DNA of 64,000 nt from Candidatus Nomurabacteria bacterium (GCA_943356415.1 CALREW010000001.1:16528-80527); one strand, 5' to 3'. Counted from the first letter of the stretch, positions 1-8,905 are shown. Made by a program: numbers and translations. Notes: generated by a model not told the origin, from the sequence alone.

Positions 1-90
1 ATAAGTTGGGTGACCAGATGTGCCCATTTGTGGACATGTTTAATCCTGAGGACTTCAAATAATCTTTGAGTTTCGGGTTACACTATATCC

Positions 91-642
91 GTGGCAACAG
101 AGCTCTCTGATTTCCTAGATCCAGGACGTGCGGTTAAGGCCGCCAAGATACATGACCATATGAAGGTTGCCGACTTTGGCGTTGGCGCCGGCTTTTTTAC
201 GACCGCGCTCGCACGCGCTGTCGGCCCTCAAGGTCGCGTTTTTGCGATAGACATTAACCGCGACCTCCTCACGCGGCTCGCCCCTTTTGCCGAGCTTGAG
301 GACCTTATGAATATTGATTATGTGCAGGGTGACTTAGACGAGCCTCACGGTAGCTCTCTGCCAGAGGGGTGTGTGGATGTGGTTATGATGGCAAATATCC
401 TCTTTCAGGTAGAGAAAAAGGACATGATTATTGAGGAGGCGTACCGCGTGTTACGCAAAGGTGGACGTCTTGTACTTATAGACTGGAAAGATTCCTTTAA
501 TGGTATGGGGCCGCATAAGTCGGCAGTTGTAAGTAGGGAAGAGGCACTAGCCCTTACGACAAAAGGCGGAGGCTTCTCACACATGGAAGACATCCCGGCG
601 GGTACCTTCCACTATGGTTTAATTTTAAAAAAGAAGGGATGA
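91..642 (+). CDS. class I SAM-dependent methyltransferase (small-molecule/protein type, not a DNA MTase)
   Basis: Glycine-rich SAM motif DFGVGAGFFT, then VFAIDIN and a C-terminal VDVVMM...GGRLVLIDW block, typical of the Methyltransf_11/25 fold; the stop overlaps the next start (ATGA). Confidence 0.7.
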   Translation: MATELSDFLDPGRAVKAAKIHDHMKVADFGVGAGFFTTALARAVGPQGRVFAIDINRDLLTRLAPFAELEDLMNIDYVQGDLDEPHGSSLPEGCVDVVMMANILFQVEKKDMIIEEAYRVLRKGGRLVLIDWKDSFNGMGPHKSAVVSREEALALTTKGGGFSHMEDIPAGTFHYGLILKKKG

Positions 643-923
643 ATCCCGTTAGAAATACCAAAAGTTGGTATGTCTATGTTTTGCAGAGTAATCACACAGG
701 TCGGTTTTATACTGGAATGACACATGATTTACGGAAACGTTTAAGTCAGCATCGTCAGGGTAATACCCAGTCAACACGTCATTCCGGTCCTTGGAACTTG
801 GTATACTACGAGATGTCACTTGCCGAAGACGATGCTCGTGCGAGAGAAAAGTATCTAAAGTCTGGCATGGGTAAACGCTATGTTAAAAATCGACTTAAAC
901 GTTTCCTATTTCTAACGGGATGA
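639..923 (+). CDS. GIY-YIG domain protein, YhbQ/UPF0213-like
   Basis: WYVYVLQS...GRFYTGMTHDLRKRLSQH...KRYVKNRL matches the 90-100 aa GIY-YIG YhbQ family; ATGA overlaps at both ends. Confidence 0.7.
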   Translation: MNPVRNTKSWYVYVLQSNHTGRFYTGMTHDLRKRLSQHRQGNTQSTRHSGPWNLVYYEMSLAEDDARAREKYLKSGMGKRYVKNRLKRFLFLTG

Positions 924-2242
924 AAGACTGGAATTGGTTTCAACTTGGCGTTGTCGCGTTCTTCCTCTTCCTGCTTATGGCAGGCATTGCCGTGTTTGCT
1001 ACTTACGGCGGTAAGAGTTCGCAAGAAGTAGGCCCGGTAAGTATCTGGGGAACCTTTGACCGCAGCGCGATGGAAACGGTAATTGTCGAACTCGCTGGTA
1101 CTGATGACGCATTTCAAAACGTCTCCTACGTACAGAAGTCGCCAGATACGTACCGCCAGGAACTCACTGAAGCGATAGCGCGCGGCGCGGCGCCTGATAT
1201 CGCAATGCTCGACGATAGTGATGTGGTGAGCTTTGTCGCGAAAATTGACCAGATTCCATACAGCACGATGAGTCAGCGTGCGTTTAATGATGCGTTTATT
1301 GATGAAGCGGGTATCTTTGCTGGCACGCAAGGCATCATTGGGCTGCCGCTGTTTATTGACCCGTTGGTGATGTATTGGAACCGCGACCTATTCGCAGGTG
1401 CCGGCCTTGCCACCTATCCAAAGACCTGGACGGAGTTGCAGTCCATAGCACCCCGCATGACTTCTCTTGATGGCACGTCGAATGTTAAGCGCAGCGCTGT
1501 TGCTATCGGCACGTACAGTAACGTGCGTCACAGCAAAGAGATTCTCTCTGCGCTGCTTATGCAGGCAGGAGATCAAATCGTACTGCGTGGAGATGACGGC
1601 ACGCTGTCCTCTGTCTTTGGTGCCAACAACACGCAGAGTGTTGAGAACCCGGCAGAAGCGGTACTGCGTTTCTATACGAACTTCGCTAACCCTTCCCAAA
1701 CAGCGTATTCATGGAATCGTGCGCTGCCGGACTCCTTTACTGCCTTCTCCTCCGGTGACGTGGGTGTCTACTTTGGTTTTGCGAGTGAATATCGACCCAT
1801 AACGACACGTAACCCAAATCTTGCGGTTGGCGTAGCAACGCTTCCACAAACTGCTGCTTCGCGCAGTCCGCTTACTTACGGCAAAATGACCGCGCTGGTT
1901 ATTCCTCGAGGAGCGCGCAATTCGGCGGGAGGAATGGCTGTCGCACAGAAGCTCACAAATACGGATGCGGTTACTATCATCACAGCAAAGACAGGACTAC
2001 CGCCGGTGCGCCGCGATGTACTTTCTGCGAATTCGGCAGCTGCCGACTCGGTGGGAAGTGTGTTTGCGCAATCGGCACTTATCTCGCGATCGTGGTATGA
2101 CCCATCTCCACAGCAGACCTCAGACATATTCCGCAACATGGTAGAATCCGTCATAAGCGGCAGAGAGCAGCTCTCAAGCGCGATACGCTCGGCACAACTT
2201 TCACTCAACGATATTTTCGACAAGCTTCACCTCCCACAATGA
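920..2242 (+). CDS. extracellular solute-binding protein family 1 (MalE-like) with an N-terminal TM anchor
   Basis: N-terminal hydrophobic helix; VSIWGTFD, APDIAMLDDSDVVSF and IIGLPLFIDPLVMYWNRDLF...PKTWTELQSIA align to MalE-type substrate-binding-protein motifs; no permease or ATPase partner in the window. Confidence 0.7.
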   Translation: MKDWNWFQLGVVAFFLFLLMAGIAVFATYGGKSSQEVGPVSIWGTFDRSAMETVIVELAGTDDAFQNVSYVQKSPDTYRQELTEAIARGAAPDIAMLDDSDVVSFVAKIDQIPYSTMSQRAFNDAFIDEAGIFAGTQGIIGLPLFIDPLVMYWNRDLFAGAGLATYPKTWTELQSIAPRMTSLDGTSNVKRSAVAIGTYSNVRHSKEILSALLMQAGDQIVLRGDDGTLSSVFGANNTQSVENPAEAVLRFYTNFANPSQTAYSWNRALPDSFTAFSSGDVGVYFGFASEYRPITTRNPNLAVGVATLPQTAASRSPLTYGKMTALVIPRGARNSAGGMAVAQKLTNTDAVTIITAKTGLPPVRRDVLSANSAAADSVGSVFAQSALISRSWYDPSPQQTSDIFRNMVESVISGREQLSSAIRSAQLSLNDIFDKLHLPQ

Positions 2243-2643
2243 CGCTACTTAGGAACAAGTCTTTTGTTGCAGCGATACTAGCCTTGGGTATTGGGCTTAC
2301 TGTTATGTTTGTCGCCACAAGCGCATTTGCCCAAGTAGGCGTAAGCGTGCCTGCCGGTGGCCCAAATATCATTCAAAACCCGATAAGCAGCAACATCACG
2401 AACGTATCGCAGTTCGTTGAGGCCGTTTTGAAAGGAATACTCGCTATAGGAGTACCGATTGCGGTCTTCTTTATTGTTTTATCTGGGTTTCGTTTTATTA
2501 CTGCGCAGGGCAACCAAGAAAAACTCACGGCTGCGCGCAGTAACTTTATGTACACCATTATCGGAGTGGCCATATTTATCGGAGCGTGGGCATTGGCGCA
2601 ACTTATCGCTGCAACGCTCAAACAGATAGGGGTCAACGCATAG
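2239..2643 (+). CDS. TrbC/VirB2-like pilin-family small membrane protein, paralog 1
   Basis: Signal peptide ending AFA-Q, then two hydrophobic helices separated by the short polar loop AQGNQEKLTAARSN; 134 aa; coupled (ATGA) to the upstream substrate-binding-protein gene. Confidence 0.6.
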   Translation: MTLLRNKSFVAAILALGIGLTVMFVATSAFAQVGVSVPAGGPNIIQNPISSNITNVSQFVEAVLKGILAIGVPIAVFFIVLSGFRFITAQGNQEKLTAARSNFMYTIIGVAIFIGAWALAQLIAATLKQIGVNA

Positions 2644-2646
2644 CGT

Positions 2647-3087
2647 ATGAGCACCAAGGATACGCACGGGCATCAATCGACAGGTTACGGGAAGAAACTT
2701 ATACCGGTGTTTATCGGGCTCTTCGGTATTGGTTTTTTTGTACCAAGCCTTGTGTACGCGGCACCAACGACCTTTGCTCAGTTTGTGAAAGTCATTATCG
2801 ATATCATCAACCCGCTTGCCGGTCTCCTCATCACGTTTGCGGTTCTGATGTTTTTCTTTACCGTCATACGCTATATCAGCAGTGCGGGGGCTGAGTCACG
2901 CACGAAATATCGAGAGAACCTGACGTGGAGCATGATCGGTATATTTGTCATTGTCTCAGTCTGGGGGCTTGCGCGATTGGTCAGCATGACTCTTCTTGGC
3001 GACACTTCGACGGCTGGCACAACAAGAAATGACGGCATCAACCCGCAAGTGTTTCAGCAGCCAGGATGCGGGCCAACGTGCATTTAA
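2647..3087 (+). CDS. TrbC/VirB2-like pilin-family small membrane protein, paralog 2
   Basis: Same architecture, with the shared RYI-S-AG...K...MIGIFV..SVWG motif; C-terminal tail GCGPTCI. Confidence 0.6.
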   Translation: MSTKDTHGHQSTGYGKKLIPVFIGLFGIGFFVPSLVYAAPTTFAQFVKVIIDIINPLAGLLITFAVLMFFFTVIRYISSAGAESRTKYRENLTWSMIGIFVIVSVWGLARLVSMTLLGDTSTAGTTRNDGINPQVFQQPGCGPTCI

Positions 3088-3166
3088 TTAAAAGGTATCC
3101 ACATGCCTGTATTGCCTGAGGCGCAGGGCAGGGTAGGATTAACTCATAGCACTCGTAATTAGAAAT

Positions 3167-3511
3167 ATGAAGAAATTTACTGCCGCTCTCACGGTTCTTA
3201 TGGCGATGCCGCTCGTTGCGAGCGCGCAGAACGCCCAGGGTATTATCAATATTGTTCGTGGCCTTGTAGACCAGCTCATCCCGCTCGCACTTGCGGTAGC
3301 ACTCCTCGTGTTTTTCTGGGGTCTTATCCGCTACATTTGGTCTGCAGGTGACGCTGAAGGTAAGGCAAACGGTCAGAAGATCATGACCGCAGGTATCATC
3401 GGCCTCTTCCTCATGGTTTCTATCTGGGGCATTGTCGGCATCATCGCCAACACCTTCGGTCTCACGACCGGTACTCGCCAGACTCCTCCGTCTGTCTCTC
3501 ACACCATCTAA
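3167..3511 (+). CDS. TrbC/VirB2-like pilin-family small membrane protein, paralog 3
   Basis: Signal peptide MKKFTAALTVLMAMPLVASAQ, then two TM helices around SAGDAEGKANGQK. Confidence 0.6.
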   Translation: MKKFTAALTVLMAMPLVASAQNAQGIINIVRGLVDQLIPLALAVALLVFFWGLIRYIWSAGDAEGKANGQKIMTAGIIGLFLMVSIWGIVGIIANTFGLTTGTRQTPPSVSHTI

Positions 3512-3549
3512 CTTCGTTAACTTTGCGTTCTCTTCAAAACTAGCCCACC

Positions 3550-3816
3550 ATGGGATCAGTCTGTAGCGTAATGGCGCGGGTGAACTCCGCACTCATAGAT
3601 CCTGCACTCGCACTTGTCTTTGCGGCCGGCTTCCTCATGTTCATCTACGGCGTGGTTGAGTTTATGTTCTTCGCGCGCGGCGAAAAGGGAGAATATGCAG
3701 GGAAGGGACGCGAACATATGCTCTGGGGCATCATCGGTATGGCTATCATGATGTCTGCGTGGGGAGTATTGAAAGTCGTTGCGGGAACATTCTCGCTTGC
3801 CATTCCTTCCTGCTAA
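3550..3816 (+). CDS. TrbC/VirB2-like small membrane protein, paralog 4 (no obvious signal peptide)
   Basis: Two TM helices around ARGEKGEYAGKGREH; shares the ...MLWGIIGMAIMMSAWG motif with paralogs 1-3. Confidence 0.5.
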   Translation: MGSVCSVMARVNSALIDPALALVFAAGFLMFIYGVVEFMFFARGEKGEYAGKGREHMLWGIIGMAIMMSAWGVLKVVAGTFSLAIPSC

Positions 3817-3844
3817 CCTTCCCAAGGTATTGCTAGAATAGAAA

Positions 3845-3876
3845 GAGGCCCGGCGCTTGCGCGCGGGGCCTTTTTC
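3845..3876. terminator. rho-independent terminator (GC hairpin plus T-run) ending the pilin operon
   Basis: aggcccggcgcttgcgcgcggggcc followed by ttttt. Confidence 0.7.
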
Positions 3877-3907
3877 GACTCGTTTCTGTTCAAGGAAGCC
3901 TGGAGGC

Positions 3908-4612
3908 TTACTTGAAGGGGGAAGCCTTGAACGCCACGCCGCCGGGTACGTCGCCGTAGGCGAACTCCAGGACGTTTAGGTCGACCAGGTAGATCTCCTG
4001 GTTCGGGCCGACTTCCCACCACTGGATGGTCTTGGTCTTGTCGTCCCAGGCAGTGCACCGCACTTTCTTACCTTGGGCGCTGGTGCAGTATTCCACCTTC
4101 GCCTTCACCTTGCCGGTGACGACGATGCTCTGGAGGACGCAGCCGTGGTCGTTGACGACCCGCTCTCTAACTTGAGTGAAGTCGAACACTACCGCTTCGT
4201 TGCAGACGCGGCTGAGCACCCGCACCTTCGTTGCCGCAGGCGCCGGTGTCGGAGCCTGCGGGGTCGTCGGTGTCGCCGTGCCACCAGCGCGGCAGCGAAG
4301 GCGTTCCGCCTCATCTGCCTGCTTGCAGATGGTCGGCTCCGCCGGCTTGTTGGTCGGCGGAACCGTGGCTCCCTGTTGAGGGGGAGTCGGCGGTCCGTCG
4401 TCCAGCCAGTTCCAGGGTTTCAGCCAGAGGCTGCCGCCCCCGAGGAGGCACAGAAGGACGACCACGAGGCCGACTCTCCGTGCACCCTTGGTGCGCTGCG
4501 CTTGCCCGGCTTGGGCTTCGCGCACCGCGGCGTCGTTGACCGCTTGATCTCCGTCGGGAGGGGGGTCAGGGACGTGTGGCGGGTCTTGATGACCCGCGTT
4601 GTTGTTCGCCAT
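3908..4612 (-). CDS. Pro/Ala-rich membrane-anchored hypothetical protein (high-GC island)
   Basis: Long ORF in a roughly 65% GC segment; N-terminal Pro-rich low complexity, one TM (VGLVVVLLCLLGGG), C-terminal beta-rich domain with 4 Cys; co-directional with and 16 bp downstream of the SPFH-like gene. Confidence 0.5.
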   Translation of the reverse strand: MANNNAGHQDPPHVPDPPPDGDQAVNDAAVREAQAGQAQRTKGARRVGLVVVLLCLLGGGSLWLKPWNWLDDGPPTPPQQGATVPPTNKPAEPTICKQADEAERLRCRAGGTATPTTPQAPTPAPAATKVRVLSRVCNEAVVFDFTQVRERVVNDHGCVLQSIVVTGKVKAKVEYCTSAQGKKVRCTAWDDKTKTIQWWEVGPNQEIYLVDLNVLEFAYGDVPGGVAFKASPFK

Positions 4613-4628
4613 GTGGTAGCTCCCCTTG

Positions 4629-5972
4629 TCAGTTCGAATTTGCTGGCGGTGTTACAGGGGCGGGCGAACCCGCGTATAACGGAGCCAGCGGGTTGTGATC
4701 GACGCCACGGTAGAAGATTTCCGTGGCGCGTCTCCGGTTGATGCGTACGAGCTCGAGCGCCTTGACGTAGTCAAGGGTCGAACCCTTGGCCGCCGCCTGC
4801 GTGATGTACTTCTCCGCGAGCTGATGCTCGGTCTCGAAGTCGATCGTCTCGCCTGAACGCTGCTGCTTCTCTTGCGCGGCAAGGTCAGCAGCTTGGGCGA
4901 GTGCCCCCGTAAGGGCGAAATCGAAAGCGTTGGCGCGTCGCAGCATGATGCCGAGGCCGCGCACATCGCTCATGCCGTTTTGCACGACATCTTCGAGGAA
5001 GTACTCGATCTCGGCTCTCGACGGTACTTCGTCGGCGCCGAGGTAGCGTTGTGGGTCGCTCTCGTCGTACGTCAGGTACCGGTGAGGCGAGTCCTTGCGC
5101 ATGTCACGCAAGGGCCGGCCGTTTCGGGTCCCGTCATCCGTACGCACGCGCACGCTTGGGTGAACGCCGGTCAGCATCGTGATGATGCCGGCCGAAAGCT
5201 CGGGCATCATGGTCTGAAGCTCCTCCCACGTGAATTGCGTCGCGTGCTTGCGCAGCGCTTCGCTGATCATGTTGGTGAGCATCGCCCGTGCGCCCGCCTG
5301 TCTGCCTACCGTAACGAGCTGGTAGGCGCGGTTGCGCCGCGTGTCTGGTTCGAACGTGCAGCCGAAGGTAAGTTCCACCTCGCCGCCGCTCTCCCAGGGC
5401 TTCAGGACGTACTTCGCTACGCCGCCCACCTTCACCTGCTGCTGTTGATCGTCGAGCAGCGGGATGGTCTTCGGCATGAGCGTGACTGGGTCGATCATCG
5501 AATCCTTGGCGCAGCGAACCTTCACCTTGAAGTCGAACTCGGTCTGCGTGGTGCCAATGTAAATCAGCCCATCAAATCGAGCTAGCCTCAGGACGAAGGC
5601 GATGCGCGGGACGATGACGCGATTCAGCGGATGGCCGAACAGCGTGCTTATCGCCACCATCGGCGGGTCGGCCTTTACCTCATCCCACCCGAAGTAGATG
5701 ATGAGGCCCAGGACGCTGCCGAAGATGGCGATGATGATACCGGCGTTGAAGCCGAAGATCATCAGAACGATCCCGAGGAGAGTCCATGCGAGCATGAGCT
5801 GTTCCGTCGGAGTCGTCCGTGACCCGAGGAGGAAAGGCCATGCGAGCCAGGCCTCCTGTGCGGTCTGTAACCCGAGGGTCAGGGCGTTCCAAACGCCGAT
5901 GACCCTGTTGCCAATCCATACGAGGACGGCGTCGGTGTATTTCATGAGTGTCCTCCAGTTTTCAAAGACCAC
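4629..5972 (-). CDS. SPFH/Band-7-like membrane protein (putative; high-GC island)
   Basis: Two N-terminal TM helices, then a roughly 250 aa domain with SPFH-like alternating hydrophobic pattern, then a coiled/charged C-terminus; assignment is tentative. Confidence 0.4.
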   Translation of the reverse strand: MVFENWRTLMKYTDAVLVWIGNRVIGVWNALTLGLQTAQEAWLAWPFLLGSRTTPTEQLMLAWTLLGIVLMIFGFNAGIIIAIFGSVLGLIIYFGWDEVKADPPMVAISTLFGHPLNRVIVPRIAFVLRLARFDGLIYIGTTQTEFDFKVKVRCAKDSMIDPVTLMPKTIPLLDDQQQQVKVGGVAKYVLKPWESGGEVELTFGCTFEPDTRRNRAYQLVTVGRQAGARAMLTNMISEALRKHATQFTWEELQTMMPELSAGIITMLTGVHPSVRVRTDDGTRNGRPLRDMRKDSPHRYLTYDESDPQRYLGADEVPSRAEIEYFLEDVVQNGMSDVRGLGIMLRRANAFDFALTGALAQAADLAAQEKQQRSGETIDFETEHQLAEKYITQAAAKGSTLDYVKALELVRINRRRATEIFYRGVDHNPLAPLYAGSPAPVTPPANSN

Positions 5973-6074
5973 CCAGGGTCTTCTTGATGTTGATCCTGTC
6001 GCGTGGGCGAGTGCCCTCGCGGTTCGCTAAACATTATATCACAATAAATAGACATCTGTCAAATAGTGTTAGGT

Positions 6075-6098
6075 ACAAAAAATGGCCTGGTTAGGCCG
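6075..6098 (-). terminator. rho-independent terminator for the 6106-6711 gene
   Basis: ggcctggttaggcc hairpin; the minus-strand reading gives a hairpin followed by a T-run. Confidence 0.55.
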
Positions 6099-6105
6099 TT
6101 TTCGG

Positions 6106-6711
6106 TCAATAAAATAACCCGAGAGTGTTTGATTCCAAAGTAAGGACAGTACTCGCGCTAAAGACACTATTTGCGACACACAGGTACTCTGGATTTCTGA
6201 ACACATTTATAAGCACGGTGCCACCATTTTTCACTGCACTTTTTAGAGACTGCATGAAAATTTCGTCATCTAACAGCGCTGATGGTTTGCCGTCATGAAA
6301 TAAATCGACGAGAACGAGGTCGTACTGTTTGCTCACCTGTTTTAGAAATTCTCTCGCGTCTGCTTCGTAGATGTTTGGAGCGGGAAATGGATTCCATAGC
6401 TTTGCCGTACGTGCGACAGCTATCATCTGTGAGTCGTAGTCAACCGCATCGATGATGCAGTTTGGAAAATACTCGTATATCTCTTTAATCGTTCCACCTG
6501 CGCCAAATCCCAACTGCAAAACGTTCTGTACAGGTGCTTCTTGTTTTGCGTGTAGCAGGATTTTAAATGCTTCTTCCCAAATCTCAGTAAGTTCGGGGCC
6601 GGTGTTTTCGTTGCCTCCGGAAAATATCCTCCATCTACCAAGCACGCGCTTAATCAGCATCGTGCCGTTCTTTTTTGAGTGAACGGTCCGTCTGCTGAAA
6701 AGCCAGTTCAT
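6106..6711 (-). CDS. spermidine-synthase-like / class I SAM-dependent methyltransferase fold protein
   Basis: VLQLGFGAGGT...IIDAVDYD...DLVLVDLF matches the aminopropyl/methyl-transferase Rossmann motif. Confidence 0.5.
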   Translation of the reverse strand: MNWLFSRRTVHSKKNGTMLIKRVLGRWRIFSGGNENTGPELTEIWEEAFKILLHAKQEAPVQNVLQLGFGAGGTIKEIYEYFPNCIIDAVDYDSQMIAVARTAKLWNPFPAPNIYEADAREFLKQVSKQYDLVLVDLFHDGKPSALLDDEIFMQSLKSAVKNGGTVLINVFRNPEYLCVANSVFSASTVLTLESNTLGLFY

Positions 6712-6719
6712 GGATGGTT

Positions 6720-7253
6720 CTATTCAGTTTTTGTGTCGACCTGGCCGTAGAAAAGGCGAACAAGTTTGGGAAGGTCACTTTTACAAGGTTCTCCTGCATC
6801 AAGTTTTTTTAGAAGATCGCTTGGCGTGATCCACATCCACTCGCAAAAATCGTGAGGATTGTAATTGGGGACTTCGTTTTGTGTCAGTTCATATGTCTCG
6901 CTAAATGCAGACATATTGTGCTCATGCGGAGTGGCTTTGCCGAGATGTTTAAGTTGAGTTACGTCAACAACGATGCCCGCTTCTTCATGCGTTTCTCTGA
7001 TGAGTGCCGCTTCATAACTTTCTCCACTTTCTACGTGGCCTGCAACACTCATGTCGAGACAAAGCGGGAAGAGACGCTTGTGCGCCGTGCGACGTGGTAT
7101 CCAAATTTCGCCTTTGTTGTTGCGAATAAAAAGATTGACGACGCGAAAATTGCGCAAGCCTAGTGCGTATACTTCTGAGCGAGGTTTACTGTCTATTACC
7201 TCATCGCGCTCGTTGACGAGGTCGAGGATCTCTTCTTGTTCCGTCTGTTCCAT
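6720..7253 (-). CDS. NUDIX hydrolase
   Basis: Nudix box GHVESGESYEAALIRETHEEAGI (GX5EX7REUXEEXGU). Confidence 0.8.
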   Translation of the reverse strand: MEQTEQEEILDLVNERDEVIDSKPRSEVYALGLRNFRVVNLFIRNNKGEIWIPRRTAHKRLFPLCLDMSVAGHVESGESYEAALIRETHEEAGIVVDVTQLKHLGKATPHEHNMSAFSETYELTQNEVPNYNPHDFCEWMWITPSDLLKKLDAGEPCKSDLPKLVRLFYGQVDTKTE

Positions 7254-7281
7254 GTGTGGGAGTGAAAGTTGCTAAGGCAGA

Positions 7282-7854
7282 TTATTTGCCAGACTTTTCA
7301 ATTATTTTGCGTATTAGTTTCTCATCCGCAACTGCTTTGGGTGCCTTGCGACCAAATCTTTTAAGTTGAATAGCAGCTACTTGTTGCTGAGCCTCAAGAG
7401 TTGCCGTGCGTAGCGAGACTCCTTCCAGGACAGCGTTAGTTTGTTCTGGAAAATATAAGGATGAATCAATCTCGGCACCTGGTTCTAAGTGCCGGATAGC
7501 TTGCTCAAAAAGCTTTGAATTTCCCAAGTCTAATTTGGTGCCTGTTGTTTTGTGTACATATTTCTCAACCCCCTCTTCGGTTTTAAGATGTGCGAAATCA
7601 AGATTCGAGATGATCTCTTGAGCACGGACGTGGTCCTCCTCTTCGACAATAATGTCTATATCGTCGTGATCGCGACTCAATTTACCGTACAAAGCATCGA
7701 GACCATAACCACCGAGCACTGAATAGTGCACGGTGGCAGTTTCCAGGGCGTGAGAGAGGTTCTTCAAAAGATCAAAACGTTCGCGTTGTTGAAGTGACGG
7801 TCTGTACTCAGACTCGATCTTCCGGGTCCGGGAAGGTTTTTCTTTGGGCGGCAT
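7282..7854 (-). CDS. nucleotidyltransferase of the ANT(2'')/Lnu-like (PF10706-type) family
   Basis: HYSVLGGYGLDALYGKLSRDHDDIDIIV matches the W..GGWG.D...G...R.H.DIDI motif of lincosamide/aminoglycoside nucleotidyltransferases. Confidence 0.5.
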   Translation of the reverse strand: MPPKEKPSRTRKIESEYRPSLQQRERFDLLKNLSHALETATVHYSVLGGYGLDALYGKLSRDHDDIDIIVEEEDHVRAQEIISNLDFAHLKTEEGVEKYVHKTTGTKLDLGNSKLFEQAIRHLEPGAEIDSSLYFPEQTNAVLEGVSLRTATLEAQQQVAAIQLKRFGRKAPKAVADEKLIRKIIEKSGK

Positions 7855-7902
7855 AAGAAAACTTTAGCACACGACCATATTGAGACTTGATGCTAAGGAA
7901 AT

Positions 7903-8153
7903 TACCTTTTTGTGCTCTAATTCTAACATTTGCTCGAACCTACTTCACACGCGCGGAGCGCGTGGTGGCTTGAAACTGCCCCGTACGCTCCGATTAAGTG
8001 GTGATGCGAACCAATGCGCCTCAACCGCGCTCGCAGACTCGCGCGGGCAAACCCAAAAATTTCCTTGCATTTTCTTTGCACGGCTCCTCCCCCCACCCCT
8101 CCGCCTGCAAGGCGAAAAATGAGGAAAGGAAATTTTTGGTTTGCTTCGCCGCT
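7903..8153. repeat. IR-A (about 250 bp), inverted copy of 9914-10165
   Basis: The reverse complement of 9914-10165 matches 7903-8153 essentially base for base (both strands produce the shared ORF-track peptide MVMRTNAPQPRSQTRAGKPKNFLAFSLHGSSPHPSACKAKNEERKFLVCFAA). Confidence 0.9.
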
Positions 8154-8425
8154 TCGGAACTCCGAAAAGAGTACTTTTAGTTTAGCACTTATGATTGCTC
8201 TTTTCTCCATTCCTCGCGGCGACCCGAGGTGCAATACAATGCGGTCTGCGCTAATGCGCAGTCAGATTTAATATGTGCTTGCCCACCCTCCCACCGCGCA
8301 CATAATCCCCACCGTTTTAGGAAAAATTATAAAACGGTTGGGATTGCTCCATAAAATAAGAGTTTGTTTGGATTGACTTCTGAAAAGTGGTACACTATAA
8401 GCTATAAACATTAAACAATACTTTT

Positions 8426-8905
8426 ATGGGAATGGAAGGATTTAAACCTGCATCGCAGGAAAAAGAGCCGACAATTGGGACACCGGAAAACGTTGAGGGA
8501 CCAAATCAACTGGATAATATTTTGAATGTAATTCGACAAAAAATTGAGCTTGCAAAAGTGCAATTAGAGAAAGCAAATTCGCAAGAATGGATAATAGGAG
8601 AATCAGGTTTCGCAGTTGAACCAAAAGAAGCGGCTCAAGCTAAAGCAAAATTGGACTATTTAGAAAAAGCCCACGAATTATTTTTTAAACCTGTCTTAGA
8701 GTCTCCAAAATCTCAACTTTCGTTAGAAGTAGTGCTTGAGGGTATTGAAAATTATACGAAACATCTTAACGATGAGTATGCTAGACAGTTTGGTAAACTT
8801 GATCCTAACGATGTTGAAGAGACAAAACAAAATAGGGCCAAAAAAATGTGGGGGGAGATAAAACTTAGGGACAAAATTGTGTCTGAGTTTTCGTCCATTA
8901 CTTAA
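8426..8905 (+). CDS. hypothetical protein (AT-rich cargo)
   Basis: 159 aa ORF with coiled-coil-like Lys/Glu-rich composition; no recognisable motif. Confidence 0.45.
   Translation: MGMEGFKPASQEKEPTIGTPENVEGPNQLDNILNVIRQKIELAKVQLEKANSQEWIIGESGFAVEPKEAAQAKAKLDYLEKAHELFFKPVLESPKSQLSLEVVLEGIENYTKHLNDEYARQFGKLDPNDVEETKQNRAKKMWGEIKLRDKIVSEFSSIT

Noticed and set aside
91-923. An adjacent methyltransferase and GIY-YIG nuclease might form a restriction-modification or defence pair
   Set aside because: The MTase has a small-molecule/protein-type class I fold with no DNA-MTase motifs (no DPPY/NPPY, no target-recognition domain). The GIY-YIG protein is the 90-100 aa YhbQ/UPF0213 type, not a restriction or homing endonuclease. 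A second YhbQ-like copy sits at 41019 in a different context.
4073-5822. Plus-strand ORFs 4073-4741, 4176-4379, 4231-4539, 4872-5585 and 5631-5822 inside the first high-GC island
   Set aside because: They are antisense to the two long minus-strand ORFs. They are Arg/Ala/Pro-rich, as expected from GC-rich DNA read out of frame, and have no start context or motif.
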